Source: Pelomyxa schiedti
Lineage: Eukaryota > Protista > Evosea
NCBI GenBank assembly: GCA_020536535.1
Contig: JAHLWZ010000925.1
Location: 1 to 45,571, forward strand
Direction: 5' to 3'
DNA: 45,571 nucleotides
Shown here: one piece after another, positions 1 to 12,447 of the stretch
Layout of the letters: each line of letters starts with the position of its first letter
How positions within the stretch are numbered: position 1 is the stretch's first letter
The notes under the pieces: generated by a model
Told to the model about the DNA's origin: nothing
Seen by the model: the letters and a program-made list of their open reading frames with translations, nothing else
The model's database searches: none
Translations under genes and position numbers: made by a program

Positions 1-511
1 TGTTTCATCATGTGTGCCCTCGTCACTCTCCACCCCAAGCCCACTCTGGCGGGTCGGCCAGTGGGGACCCGGGGTTGTGGGCTCGGAACCGAAGGCCCAA
101 TCGGTTCCTTGCCCGCACCCCGGTACTCCCCGGTTGCCGACTCGTTGGTGTGGGCATTTGGGCCTTGGGGTGGAGTTTGGCTTCTCTTCCCACTGACCGG
201 CATCCAGACAGCCACCCACATGCAACAGCTGCACCCAAAGCCAAGTCACGAAACTCAAAGCCTAAGAAAGCTTCCACCAAACATAAACTCTTTTGTTTTG
301 TAGACAAATTTTTCTTTTTGTTGATGACAGGACTTGTTCCTCCACTAACAATCATTTTGATTTGTTGGGTACTGGTGAACAACAACATGGTTGGTCCAAA
401 AAAAACCGTGGTGCAAAGTTGGCATTGGTGAGGACAATCTCGGCCGACAAACGAGGAACAAGTAAAGTTACATAGACCATTACAAAGGGGGTCTGCACAT
501 GGGAAGGCCTG

Positions 512-2987
512 TTAAGTGTCTTTGTGGATAGGCTTTGTGGTTGTGGTTGTTGTATGGGTGTGGTGGGTCTGTGTGTGCGGTGTATGTGTGGTTCTGCGTT
601 GTTGTGATTGTGATGGTGGTAGTCTGGGTTGGTGTTGCACAACGGTTCGTGCTCGTTGTGGGGGTAATTGTGTTGTCGCTTGGCGTTGTGGTTGCCGCTG
701 TTGTGATTGTTGGTGGATTGTGGGCTGTGGTGCGGTGATTGCTGTTGGCTTGGTGACTGGAATTTTCTGGGTGTTGGTGGGGACTAAGGCTTGTTGTACT
801 TGCTGTTTAGGTTGGACCTGGCTCTTTGGGGGTGAGTATTCAGGCCTGCAGTTGGTGAGGTTGGTTAGGGTCTGTATTGGGATGGCTCATACTCGTTGAA
901 TTCAATTTTTCGATTTACGGGTTTTTCGTAAGTGGTCTGTGTTTTGAGTCTGGTTGAAGTTTCAAAAAATATTGGGTGGACTTACATCAAGAAGCCAGGC
1001 TAAGTGCTTCATTAGACAAATGGAATAAGCCTTTGTCAAACCTGTTCGATGTAGAGACCTGCCTGTGCGTGACGCGACTCTGTGTATTGAGCTTTGAAGT
1101 CTAATGAGAATATCTTCTCGCGAGTCTAAACTGAGGTTGGAGTGTTGCAAGAGTTGTTAGAGGCCTTACTGCGATCAAAATCTGGTGTGTCTATAAGAAA
1201 TGTGGCATTGCGAGCTGGGCTGCCTTCTTTCTTCGTTTCACAGTCAATAAACCTCTAACAATAAAACTAAGTGCTACCATAGGGGTGCTAGGGCTGTTGG
1301 GAAGACGGCATTTCATCGCTGAAGGCAAGGCAGTTGCTTCATTTGCACCTGTTAAAACCTTAGAAAGTTGATTGCCAAAGAAAGCTACTTGAACGAATCA
1401 AGTCATCTGTTTCAAGACGAATAGCTGCGCAAAGAGAGGTCATTTGCTTAAGTTCTTCAGTGTAGTACAATAACTGCTTGTCAAGAAAAGTAGTAACTTC
1501 ACCAACTGCACATGTTCAGATACCAAGTTCCGAAAGTTGGGAAACGGTACTTTTGTCAGATGGCAGTGATTTTACTGCCTCAATAAGGCGGTTTATGCAC
1601 TGTGTATATGTCTGAATGATAATGACAATGTCAGGGATCCGTGAATCCTACCAATTTGCCTTAGTGATTTAAGTTTCCTACATTGCAATATATCACATTT
1701 AGCTGCACAAAAGAAGCAGGAAGAACCTTGTTAGAAACCTGAAGAACAGATGAGCCAGGTGGTACAATAGCATTCCCATCGAGAACACCAGACATATCGT
1801 GACTGAGAGATTCCAAAAAATTACCTGTATCAACAAAAGGGTTAGACCAGTGGGAACATCGTTCTGTGCCACACCATGACCCCTTTTAATGAGAGAGTGC
1901 AATTCATCAATTTGAAGAAGTAATTTGTGCAAAGAAGTTATTGCTTCTGCGTCAGGTAATGTGTCTCGATTGTAAGTTGATTCTGCAACCCAATGATGAT
2001 CCAATTCGACCTAAAAGAAAATTACATGAAATAGGCTGAATCAACTCAAAACCTTTTCAGAGGAAAGCTTATGCAAGAAAATCTCTTGGTTGGCAGAGAC
2101 CTCATTTATTAAATCCTGCTCTGAGAGAACTTGTGCAGCTTCATTTATAAACATTTTCATGTGATATGAACCTTGTGCCTGACCTCGAAATGATTTATTT
2201 TATGATTTCCATTTGCACTACTTACAACTGAAGAAAGTGCAAAATCTGACAAGGCCGTGTGCTCTATTTGGGATTCCAAATCAGAGTACAACTCTTGTAG
2301 CCACAGTTGTTCCTCAGAATCGGCTGTGTCGCCTTCCACATGGATAAGTTGGGTTTGCATTGGAGTTTGTTGGTGCTGTGTCCAGCTGTTCATTATGTTA
2401 CTTAACCACTCTTCGTCAAGCTTTGAGACTAGAGAAGGTGTTGATGTTATCTCATCCTCTTGAGACAGTAACTTCAATCGCATCACGTACATAGTGAGAT
2501 GCCTCAAAACAGTGACAAGCCTTTAAAGCACATTGAGTCTGAGTACTATGCTAATAATAATAAGGTACTTTGGTCCAGAGCACGATTTCAGGATAAGTTT
2601 TGAGGAGCTTCCCATTGGAACAACATGCTTCTTCTCAAGGTCACCCAACCATCTCATACATCCTTCTGAGAAAGCGTCCCTCTGTGCCTTGTTCACTACA
2701 GGATACCAAGGTTCCAACTCCTTTTCGTTTTTTCCCAAGTGAAAAACAAAAAACCCCCTATTAATCATACAACAAACCTGGCGATGCCTCATGGGGTCAA
2801 CACAAGCGAACAGAAAGTACAAAACAGCGAAAACTCCCTGAGAGTTCATCGTAGGGAAGGCGAGGTTGATCGCGGCGGCGCCGCCTTCGTCCAGCACCAA
2901 TCTTGCGTCCGATTCCATGAATCCCAGAATTTGCAGGCCTCGGCGCAAAAACGCCGCGTCGGTGTTCCACGTAGGCGTCGCATCCAT
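512..2987 (-). CDS. HAUS6: HAUS augmin-like complex subunit 6 (multi-exon; 3' end uncertain, between about 510 and 960)
   Basis: The N-terminus reads MDATPTWNTDAAFLRRGLQILGF...NSQGVFAVLYFLFACVDP...WYPVVNKAQRDAFSEGCMRWLGDLEKKHVVPMGSSSKLILKSCSGPKLVTVLRHL. This matches the HAUS6_N pattern (LLGF, FLF..lDp, WP..d..q...F, s.l..pgG.kf..ll..L). Helical/coiled-coil exons follow, separated by short GT-AG introns, then a Q/T/P-rich low-complexity tail. Confidence 0.75.
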
Positions 2988-3072
2988 CGGCACCAAGCCT
3001 TTCGATTAGAACTTCTAACGAACCAACGTTGGAAATTAGAAAAAAGCAAAATTTTGTTTTTCACCAAACCCC

Positions 3073-5195
3073 TCAGAGGTTCTGAACGAGGGGTTCGTTG
3101 GTTACAATGTGTTGTTCTGGGGTACTTGTTGTTTGTGTGTGGTGACTTGCGTGGTGCGAGTGGGAATGAGAGTGGGAGGAGTGCCCGCGGGTGTGGTGAT
3201 GGTGGGTCGAACTGGATGAAAGGTCACCATACAACACGCCGCGTTGCAGTTCCTCTGTGTATTGCATGAGTATAACTTTTGAGAAGCGCAAAGTAATGGA
3301 AACCTTCGTGTCTCTGCACAAAATCGTAGGGTTTGTAGAAATTAGGTTGGCGAACTTCAGTCTCCTCCACAGTTTCTACAGAGGAAACCTTACTAGCTGA
3401 TGAACTGTTTGGAAGGCAAGGATTGTGCATTTTACTGCAAGTTGTGCATCCAATCTAGCGTGTGCAGCAGTTCGATCACTTTCAGAAACATCTTCGATTC
3501 TCTGAATAACTCCATCTCTCATCCATATCACGTGATCGGAAAAGTGCTGTACAGTGTTGGTATTTACCTTGTAACCGTAGTAAGGGGTACCTTCAAACTG
3601 ACATCATGAGTAACCATAACGAGAGTGATACCTGCATCGTACAAAAAAAGGGAGGTTTCAAATGGAAAGGTGTGAAAGGGGAGGATAGACCGTGTTCTTT
3701 ATTGAGTGACGTGAGAAGCTTCATTACGATACAGGTGTTCTTTGAATCCAAGTCTCCCCTGGGGAAAAGGGTGAGAGAATTCTTACCAAACTAACACCTT
3801 ACGTGGGTTCATCAAGCAAAAGCAGCTCCGGCTCATTTGCCATTGCTCTGGCGATGGTTACCCTTTGTTGTTCACCACCAGATAACTGAGAAGGCAAATG
3901 GTCCAGTCGATCCCCCATACCAACAGACTGCAGAAGACCTAAGATGTGACGGTGAAAATGGATACTGCCTGAGTATAGGTAACTCACTCACAGCACGCCC
4001 TTTCCTTTGGCTCGGATTAAGACGGCCTGCCAATACCATTGGCATCATCACGTTTTCAAGAGCAGTCATGGAACCAAGAAGATTAAAGGTTTGGAAGACA
4101 AACCCCCTTTTAAAAGGTTTAGAAGAGAGGGTATCCAGAGGGAATACATTTTTGTAAGTCTCAGGTGAGAAAGGACTCGGTCGTCAGTCTTCGAGTCAAT
4201 GCCTGTTTACAAATTGGTATTGAAGCTTAAACAACTTCAATGTAGTTTGAATATAGTCGTTACTACAATGTGAATGTAGGACCTAGACATACGAGTCCCA
4301 CATAGATAGAGCTCCCCCTTTGAAGGTTTATCAATTGTACCAATGATATTCAAAAGAGTAGTCTTCCCTCCACCTGAGGTTCCAAAAATGCAAACAAATT
4401 TTCCTTTTTTCACTGACATCGAGACACCTCTACAAATGTAGGTAAGCAACCAATTGCCTTGAATGCAATTACCTCAATGCAGGAACTCCTTCAATACCAA
4501 GGAGATAGGTTTTGTGAATATTTCTCATGGAAATGATGGAATCTCTGTCTAATTGCTCTGCTTTCTAATTGTCATTACTACAGGAGGATGGAGGAGAAAT
4601 GTACCGAGAGCCGTATTTTTCCAAATGGTTCATTGGATCCAGTTGCCGTCTCAGCCTTCAATGAACCTCCTAAAAACTCAAGATATCAGTAGAGCACAAC
4701 TTCTTTTTAATAGGAAACCGAGATGGAACAATAGAAATATACAAAAACCTCACCATGCAAGGTTTCCATTTCCACTTCCGCATCCCCCAGTTTGTTGCTG
4801 TGGCGAATGAGACCCACTCTCGACCTTCGCCTCTTTCGCTGGTGGCCGCCAGTGGGAGACCCATGGTGTTTCACAGACGACGAAGCAGCACTACTAGTAG
4901 TAGATGACGACGATGACGAGGATCCAGCCAACGTAGCCGTGCCCACTGCAGATGAACCAGAACCAGAACCACCACCAACTACTACAGCAACGGCAGACGT
5001 CCCAAACAAAGGAGCAGTGTTTGCATCTGCCATTCTCGTGTTTGTGGTTGTAGTGGTAGTAACAGTAGTCGCAGATCCGGCCATAGGATCTACACTCGCA
5101 CCCACTGCCGCTGCTCTGGATCTGGGATCTTGTTCTACGCCCTCGTCACTAGAAGAAGAGCTACTACCGCTCGATGATGACCCGCTTGCACTCAT
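3073..5195 (-). CDS. Stand-alone ABC ATPase (LolD/MacB-type NBD, Dictyostelium AbcH-like), no transmembrane domain
   Basis: The spliced product has Walker [11 protein letters not shown]-loop GFVFQTFNL, signature [14 protein letters not shown], Walker [13 protein letters not shown] and H-loop VMVTHD. It has a Ser/Thr-rich N-terminal extension and a His-rich C-terminus. Confidence 0.9.
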
Positions 5196-5295
5196 TTTTT
5201 CCTTTCTTCTTTTACTTGTTATTTACCCGAACCGGAAATTGGAAGCTAGGATAGAACACAAAACAAACGATAATTTCACATTTTGGGTGCTTTTA

Positions 5296-6301
5296 TTACA
5301 AATTGCCAGAACTGGCCCTCTCCAGTAGCTTTACAGCTAAGTCATGGAACAGTTGTTCCACGTTTTGTCCTGTTTTTGCACTGACTTCCAAAAATAGGGG
5401 TTTCTCAAGCCCACCCTGTCCTACAATGGCAGCAAACCTTTTTTGTATTAAAGTTACATTAGTGCTCAATAAGAATTTAAACGGATTGGATGGAACAAAC
5501 CTTTCTGCATCAGCAGTTGGCACAACACGGTTTGGAGTGGCCAGGTCAAGTTTGTTGCCAGCTAGAGTTACCACAATGTTGGGTGCTCGGACTCGCAATT
5601 CATCCACCCACTGTTTGCACATTTCAAATGTTTCCTTGTTGGTGATATCATACACTGTGTTGTTGTTAGGTTAGAGAAGTGTTGTAGTCAAGGAACTATG
5701 TATCATAATAATAAAAGGGCCTCTAGCAAACCTATAATTGCAGCAGAGGCCCCTCTATAATACAGAGGTGCGAGAGACCTATACCGCTCTAAACACCCAA
5801 CGTTAGGGGGGGGGGTTTGAACAAAATCAGACGACTATACCTTGACCCGCAGTATCCCATATCTTACAATACAAATCGATTAGTCTCGAAATAGAAATAA
5901 CTAAAGTTTTACCTCTAACTTCACATCCCGTCCATCAACCTTAATCTTGTGCACCTGGAATGCAGCACTGCATAATTATGTCAAAATACATGTCATCCAT
6001 ATTTTTTGTTTTTTTTTTGGTACCCTATTGTAGCCTCATGCTTTTCAGGTATTTTATTGGACGTCAGCTGCGATACAAGGGATGTCTTTCCGGTCGCCAT
6101 GTCACCCAATAATACAACTTTTATTCCCGTCTCAGGGGTGCGCTTTCGCTTGGCCACGTGCACCTCATTTCCTGCAACAAGTAAAAATTAACAACAAAAA
6201 AATAACCCTTGCACACACACAACAAAGAGGAGATCTCCCAAGAACCACACAAACGTACCTTCTTTGTTATCAGGGTTGGGGGTTGGCCCGCAGTTTCCCA
6301 T
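5296..6301 (-). CDS. Rab5-family small GTPase with N-terminal MGNC acylation motif and no C-terminal prenylation cysteines
   Basis: Six exons splice to [45 protein letters not shown]...TIGAAF...[31 protein letters not shown]...GNKLDL...EVSAKTG...[15 protein letters not shown] and RYRSLAPxYYRGA are Rab5 signatures. Confidence 0.9.
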
Positions 6302-6595
6302 TCCGTTTTTCTTTCAAATAATGATTACGGAGAAACAAACATCAACAACTTGCACAAATTTAACAGGGATCTGGACAATTCGACCACTGGAGAGGTTCGC
6401 GAGTAGGAAGCCAACGTCATTAAGATTTTCCTCCTTGCACTCGATTCGGTGATCCAATCACCCGGCGGCCCTGTCAAAAATAAACGACGCAGCGTTCGAG
6501 AGGAGAAAAAAAAAATAAAGTGGGAACTCATTATTTCGTAATTACCCTCTCATATTAAGAAGGGTTCACGTGGCGTGTGTAGCGTGTTATAACGG
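6302..6595. promoter_or_regulatory. Probable bidirectional promoter (Rab5-like / AGC kinase)
   Basis: About 295 bp between divergent start codons. Similar head-to-head spacing occurs at 20178-20351 and 29703-30009. Confidence 0.5.
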
Positions 6596-9500
6596 ATGGG
6601 CGATTTGCACGTTTCGTGGATAACGAGACCTCGGCGAACAAACACCACTCCGTCACCGTTGTCGACCGTAAACGGCAATCAACCTCCCCCTCAGCACCAC
6701 ACGTCGCCGCCACTTCCCACATCGCCCATAACAAAGGCATCCACGCCCCCGCTTTCGCCACCGTACCCCCCACTTGCACCTCCGTCGACTCCCACCAGCG
6801 GCCCGCAGCAGCCTCAGCAGACCCCCCCACTTGCACCGTCGCCGTCTCCCTCTTTGTCTCCTTCACCTTCGCCTGGTATCTCCCCTTCGCCTTCTCCCTC
6901 CATCGCGACCCCGGTACCTCTTTCACCTTGTCACACACCTTCACCATCGGCTTCTCCTCAACCGACAACTGTTCCTGCAACCTACCCATCCCCCAGTGTT
7001 GCACATGCATCACACGCCCCCCCTAGTCTCCATGTTACACCTGCTTCACCTATTAACTCACCTCAGAATCCACCTCAAGTTTCCCCCTCCGTTTCTCCCA
7101 TGCCTCCGCCAGTATGCTCTCCACTGGCCACTCTGTTTGGGCATTCCTTTTCACAGTCTGGCTCATCCTCATCTTCATCACCTTCACCATCGTCTTCTCC
7201 ATCACCAAGTTCTCTACATCACAGTGGGGGATTAAATACATCTTCTCCTACACCACATCATAGTGCCTCTCCACTTTTTCTGTACTCTCCTACAGTTTCT
7301 CACAGTCCCCAGACACCCCACACCAACCACGGGCACCTTCCGTTTGCTGGAGGTCTCCATAACAGTTCTCCTGTTCATCTTCCAGCCTCTGCAACCACTC
7401 CACCTCCCCTTACACTGGCTTCTACTTCTGAAAGAACTGCTCCAGTTCATTCTGTTCCCCCAAACAACTCCCCAGGAATTGCAGTTGAAAGCACACAAAC
7501 GACCAGTGAATCACCACAATTCTCCAGATGTCACAGGAGATACCAGTCGGAAGGACCTAAAGTGCACCAGCCGCCACACACTTTTCTGACAAGATTGACA
7601 GTGAAAGATTGCCAACTTAGAGTTGACCAACAGCTGGAAACAGTAGCAGTAAGTTACTCAAAGAGAATTTACTGGCTTTAACCCCAATAGGTTTTCCTTA
7701 TTCACGTAACAAAAGTTACCTTGAAACATTGCAGAACTTGGAGAATTGTGAGGCGATTCTCTCAAGTTCTTGAGCTCGACAAATCTGTAACTTCCTTTAT
7801 TTGTTTTGTTGGGTGGGGTATTGATTTCCAAACACTAAAACACAACACGACAGCTTCGTGACCAATTTGGAAAGAACCTACCTCCACCACCAAAAAAACG
7901 CCCCAGTGTGTCAAGCTTTCCCTCTTTTTGTGACAACTGACTGTTATAGGTAATAGCCCCGCTGTACTTAAAGAGCGAATAGAATTGATTCAAGCCTATC
8001 TGGACACCTTGGTTCAGATACCCTCTGTAGAAAATTGTGACACATTCAACAAATGGTTGGATACAGAACTTGATGTGAGTTGTTCAAAATTCTATGGAAC
8101 CTGGAATAATTCTTAACCTTCCTCTAGCCCGTTCTCTTTCAACTAAGTGAGCCTGAAATGAGTGGATACCTTCTGAAAGAAGGTTGGGGAAAAACCTTAG
8201 TTTTACTTCAGTTAATCGATGCAGGTCATATCTGGAGAAATTGGAAGAATAGATTCTTTGTACTGAAATCTCCTATTTTAGTTTATTTTCCAGATGAACA
8301 TGTTTGTTTCCAAAAAAACAAAAAAAGTTGGCACTTGAATCTAACTGTCTTAATAGTATGCCAGTACACTAGTCCAACCCAAAGGAGTTCTGTCATTGGT
8401 TGGGGCAACTGTACGTGCAGCTACCGAAAAAGGTGTCTTGTATATGGAAATTGTCTTCCCAGAAGGAGCTGCTTCTCTTTTTATAAAAGCTACTGATGAG
8501 GCCAAATATAAAGCCTGGTCTGATGTAGGTGCCAAATTTCACCGTCCTGGTATTCACCTTCCAGCTAGGCATTAAAGCACGCTATTTCGAATCACATCAA
8601 TCGTGAAGTTATTTGCCCCGTAGAACAGACTCAGGTTTGATGCCATGTCTCCTTTCAAACATGTTAAACATAACTAAAAAGGTGGATGAACTACCAGAAG
8701 ACCCCCCAACAGAATTTTTGATCACTGAGATACTGAACGACTCCAACCTTGTCAGAATACAGAATGATCTCATTTGTAGACTAAATGAGTTCGTGAAATC
8801 AGTTTCATCCATGACGCAATCGCCAGTAAACATTAAGCTCATCGATATTGCTAAGAAACTCATTTCTTCTCGTGAGTCTTTTGATTCGATGTTCCATTAA
8901 TACCCATTTCTACAGCAATTCAAGATCTTGTAAATACTCACATGGGTCTTCAAACTGTAACTTCAGTGCATGAAGCAGGGAGGGAAGATCCTGAAAACTA
9001 TAATGTTGCCAGGTAAGACTCACAATTGTGTTTGTCCCTCATCTTGTTTAGACTTTTGGAAATATTTTCCCCCATGCTGAAAGTGGCTTCACTTGTGGCT
9101 TCCTACCACAGGACCCTAGCCAAAAAAACACGTGTGCGGCTGGAGCATGTCTCCATGCTACAAAATGCCTGGAATCACTATGATCGAATAAGAGAACAAA
9201 ATGTACCCAAGCACGACCAAACAAAATCTCCAGTGATAGCACCTCATTGCCCCTTAGCTGCTCACTTTGCAATGTCCCCTCCTCTCTCACCTCATCAACC
9301 ACCACATCTTACAATGTCACCACCACTATCCCCAAATCAGCATCCACTCTCTCCATACCAAGCTCCTCTGGTCCCAGCACAATCTCCCCCAACACCTTCT
9401 CGAATCCCTGTTTCCACTGTTCCCCCATTCCGGCTGAATTTGAAAGAAGCTAGCAGAACTGCTCCCCAGGAAGAACCACCTCGTCCTCCAACACCGAAGC

Positions 9501-12352
9501 GGTTTATGTGCCGTATTTGTGAAGTGACCTATCCTCACGCATTTGGAATTAAGCACACACAATATTGTGAATTAGCTAGCGAAGTACAGTGCAATTACTG
9601 GCTCTTCTAAGAACTAACTAATGCTGCTTCTACTTAGTGTACCAGTGCCAATGCATCAATAGAGAACAAACTCTCTAGATTGGGGGAACTTATGCAAGAA
9701 TGCAGAACTAAAGAAAAGGTTTGTGCGAGCTACACCCAAAATAAACCTAACGTGACTAGATGGACGAACGCAGTTCAAAGGTGGAACTTTTAGCTGAAGA
9801 GTACCTTACATCTTTAATATATGTTACATTGATTTTCTCCAGAGTCTCTGGGCTTTCGTACAGTAGAAATTCGGCAAAACCTTGCGAGGATAGATTAAAA
9901 AGGATTGAAGAGATTCTTCACTCAGACACCGATGTGTTCACACAAACCATAGGGCATTGGATTTGCATCCTTGTGTGCACAACAAAATAATTTTTCTGGA
10001 AAATTCACCACTCCTCTTACCCAAAACAAAACCAAAGATTGAAGAAAAGATTGACACAATCAAAATACTATGTCAAAAGCAACAAATATCCAATAACTGG
10101 TGGAACAAGGGGCTTTTGCGACTCCTGTGGGGCCCAGTCGATGCACCTCCTCCATCCAATGCCCCTGTGAAGCACCAACGTAAACACTTGGTAACGCGAA
10201 GTGATTTCCTATGGAAAAAGAAGATTTCCAGTGGGGCTTTTGGGTGTGCTTCTCTTCTGTTCGCTGTACGTTAACTGTGGTTACAGAGAAGTGTGGCTGG
10301 CTAGTAAAAAAACGACAGGAGATCGATACGCAATTAAAATTCTTGACAAATCGGCTATGATCAGGAAAAATATGGTGGACCGTGTTATTGCTGAGAAGGA
10401 TATTATGTCAAAGCTACACAACGAATTTATTGTTAAATTATATTATGCCTTCCAATGTGAGGTGTGTTTGTTTGCATTCAAAACACACTGAATTTCACCT
10501 TGCGGCAGAAATCACTTTATCTGGTGATGGAGTATTGCATTGGAGGGGATGTTGCGTCTCTGCTTGCCAACATAGGCCCGTTCGAGGAATCGATGGCACG
10601 AGTTTACATTGCTGAAACAATTCTGGCTCTTGAATGTCTGCACAAACTTAACTTTGTTCACAGGTTTGCAGCGGTTCTAACTTCCGTAGTCATTCATTAT
10701 TGTAGGGATATTAAGCCTGAAAATCTTTTACTCAACAGAGAGGGTCACATTCGTCTTACAGACTTCGGCATCAGGTATATTTCTGGTACTTAGTTCTTGT
10801 CTTTAACCCATTTCCAGTCAGTTTGGTCTCATTCAATCCTCGGGTCACCTGAACATTCCAGACAAATCGGTCCCTGCCAAATCCAATTCTCAGCCTGGTC
10901 TTCAAACTTCAGGCACCGGCACATCCGCTGTTAACACCACTAGAACTTTGAATAGGACTATTAGTTGCCGGACACTACAGAAAACCAATCGGGGCACGCT
11001 CATAGGCACAAATCCACGAGTTCAAACTCGCATTCTTGGTACACCAGACTACCTTGCCCCTGAAATTTTGCTTGGATATTCCCATGGTGGGTACCATATT
11101 TATCTGGTACTTTCTCATCGTGTGCAGGAGCTCCTGTGGACTACTGGGCAGTTGGAATCATGTTGTATGAGGTGAGCAATGTCAAAGCTTTGACACTTAT
11201 TGACTCCTTTCTTTCAGCTACTCACTGGAACACCGCCATTTAATGCAGACTCTGCTACACAAATATTCCAGAATATTCTACGACACTGTAAGCCAATGTA
11301 CCTACTTCTTCTCTAATGCTCGTCATAGCAATCAACTGGGACACTTCAACACCAATCCCAGCTTTAGCACGTGAACTCATCACTCAACTTTTGCAGTCTG
11401 ATCCCAACAAACGACTTGGTACCAGAAGTGCTGATGAAGTGAAGAGGCACCCCTTTTTCTCCTCTATAAACTGGGATACCTTGATGGACACCGAAGGTCC
11501 ATTTGTTCCAAACCCGGACGATGACGACGATACCAGCTACTTCATGGGTTCAATACCACCTCCTCCTTTGTCTGACAACTAATTCTTACCACCCCATACA
11601 CAGACCACCGTGTTTCCAAAGACACAAACATCCAACAAGCTACCCCTGACGACTTGAAAACCAGTTTCCCTAATTTCAACTTCACATCCACTGCCAACTT
11701 GGCAGACCAGAACCGCCTCGACGTGGCCGAGTACGAGGAGGCTGTTTCGGGCTCAGAGGTTGGTGACGAGAGTCAATTCAACTCCGCGTCACTAAGTGCC
11801 CCTGGTGACCTGGAAGGACTAAGTGCCGAATACGTTCCCGATACAGACGGCACACCAAGCCCTGGCCTCATTGCCCCAACAATAAACCCACCAACTCCCA
11901 CGCCAACAATAACGGTAACAAACCCATTAACACCAACATCAACACCAGCACCAGCACCAACGCCAGCAGCAACAGCAACACCAACGCCAACACCAGCAGC
12001 AACACCAGCAGCAACACCAGCACCAGCACCAGCACCAGCACCAGCACCAGCACCAACACCAACACCAACACCAACACCAACACCAACACCAACACCAACA
12101 CCAACACCAACACCAACACCAACAGCAACAGCAACACCAGCAGCGGCAGCGGCAGCAGCAACTGCACCAGCAACCGCAACAGCTACAGCTACAACCCCAA
12201 ACACAAACCCATCGACAGCAGCCACAGGCACTTCTTCACCCACATCAAATACAAACAGCTCCCCTTTGTCTTCTGACAAACAACGACGAATGTCCGCTGC
12301 AATGCGTGGGGAGCTGGACTTGGACTCCTTATTGGGTGATGAGGACATGTAA
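6596..12352 (+). CDS. MAST/Greatwall/IRE/Rim15-type AGC Ser/Thr kinase with N-terminal PX, PH and C2HC zinc-finger domains
   Basis: Domain order: Pro/Ser-rich N-terminus; PX (WRIVRRFSQVLELDKSL...LPPPPKK...KERIELIQAYLDTL, about 7690-8075); PH (MSGYLLKEGHIWRNWKNRFFVL, about 8158-8590); CRICE...HTQYC (about 9505-9570); kinase ISSGAFG, YAIK, LVMEYCIGGD, HRDIKPENLL, DFG, GTPDYLAPE; AGC tail FVPNPDDDDDTSYF...FPNFNF. Confidence 0.9.
11935..12200 (+). repeat. Coding hexanucleotide tandem repeat (CCAACA/CCAGCA)n encoding a Pro-Thr/Pro-Ala tract
   Basis: Directly visible tandem run in the last exon of the AGC kinase, translating to PAPAPAPTPTPTPT. Confidence 0.95.
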
Positions 12353-12447
12353 TTTTGCCTTGATGCAAACTAGAAAATGAAAAAAAATGTACACCTACAA
12401 AAATCCCTTTATTGTTGCATTTATTTCCTTTTCATTTTTGTTGTGCT

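Noticed and set aside
1-431. Several overlapping short ORFs at the left edge
   Set aside because: Probably part of a neighbouring gene, but the strand and frame cannot be determined and no motif is recognisable.
516-899. Cys/Val-rich plus-strand ORFs resembling metallothionein or membrane proteins
   Set aside because: They arise from the (GTT/GT)-rich complement of a Q/T/P low-complexity minus-strand tract; there is no independent support.
11773-12348. Minus-strand ORFs of poly-(GV) and poly-(VL)
   Set aside because: They are antisense shadows of the Pro-Thr/Pro-Ala repeat in the kinase's last exon.
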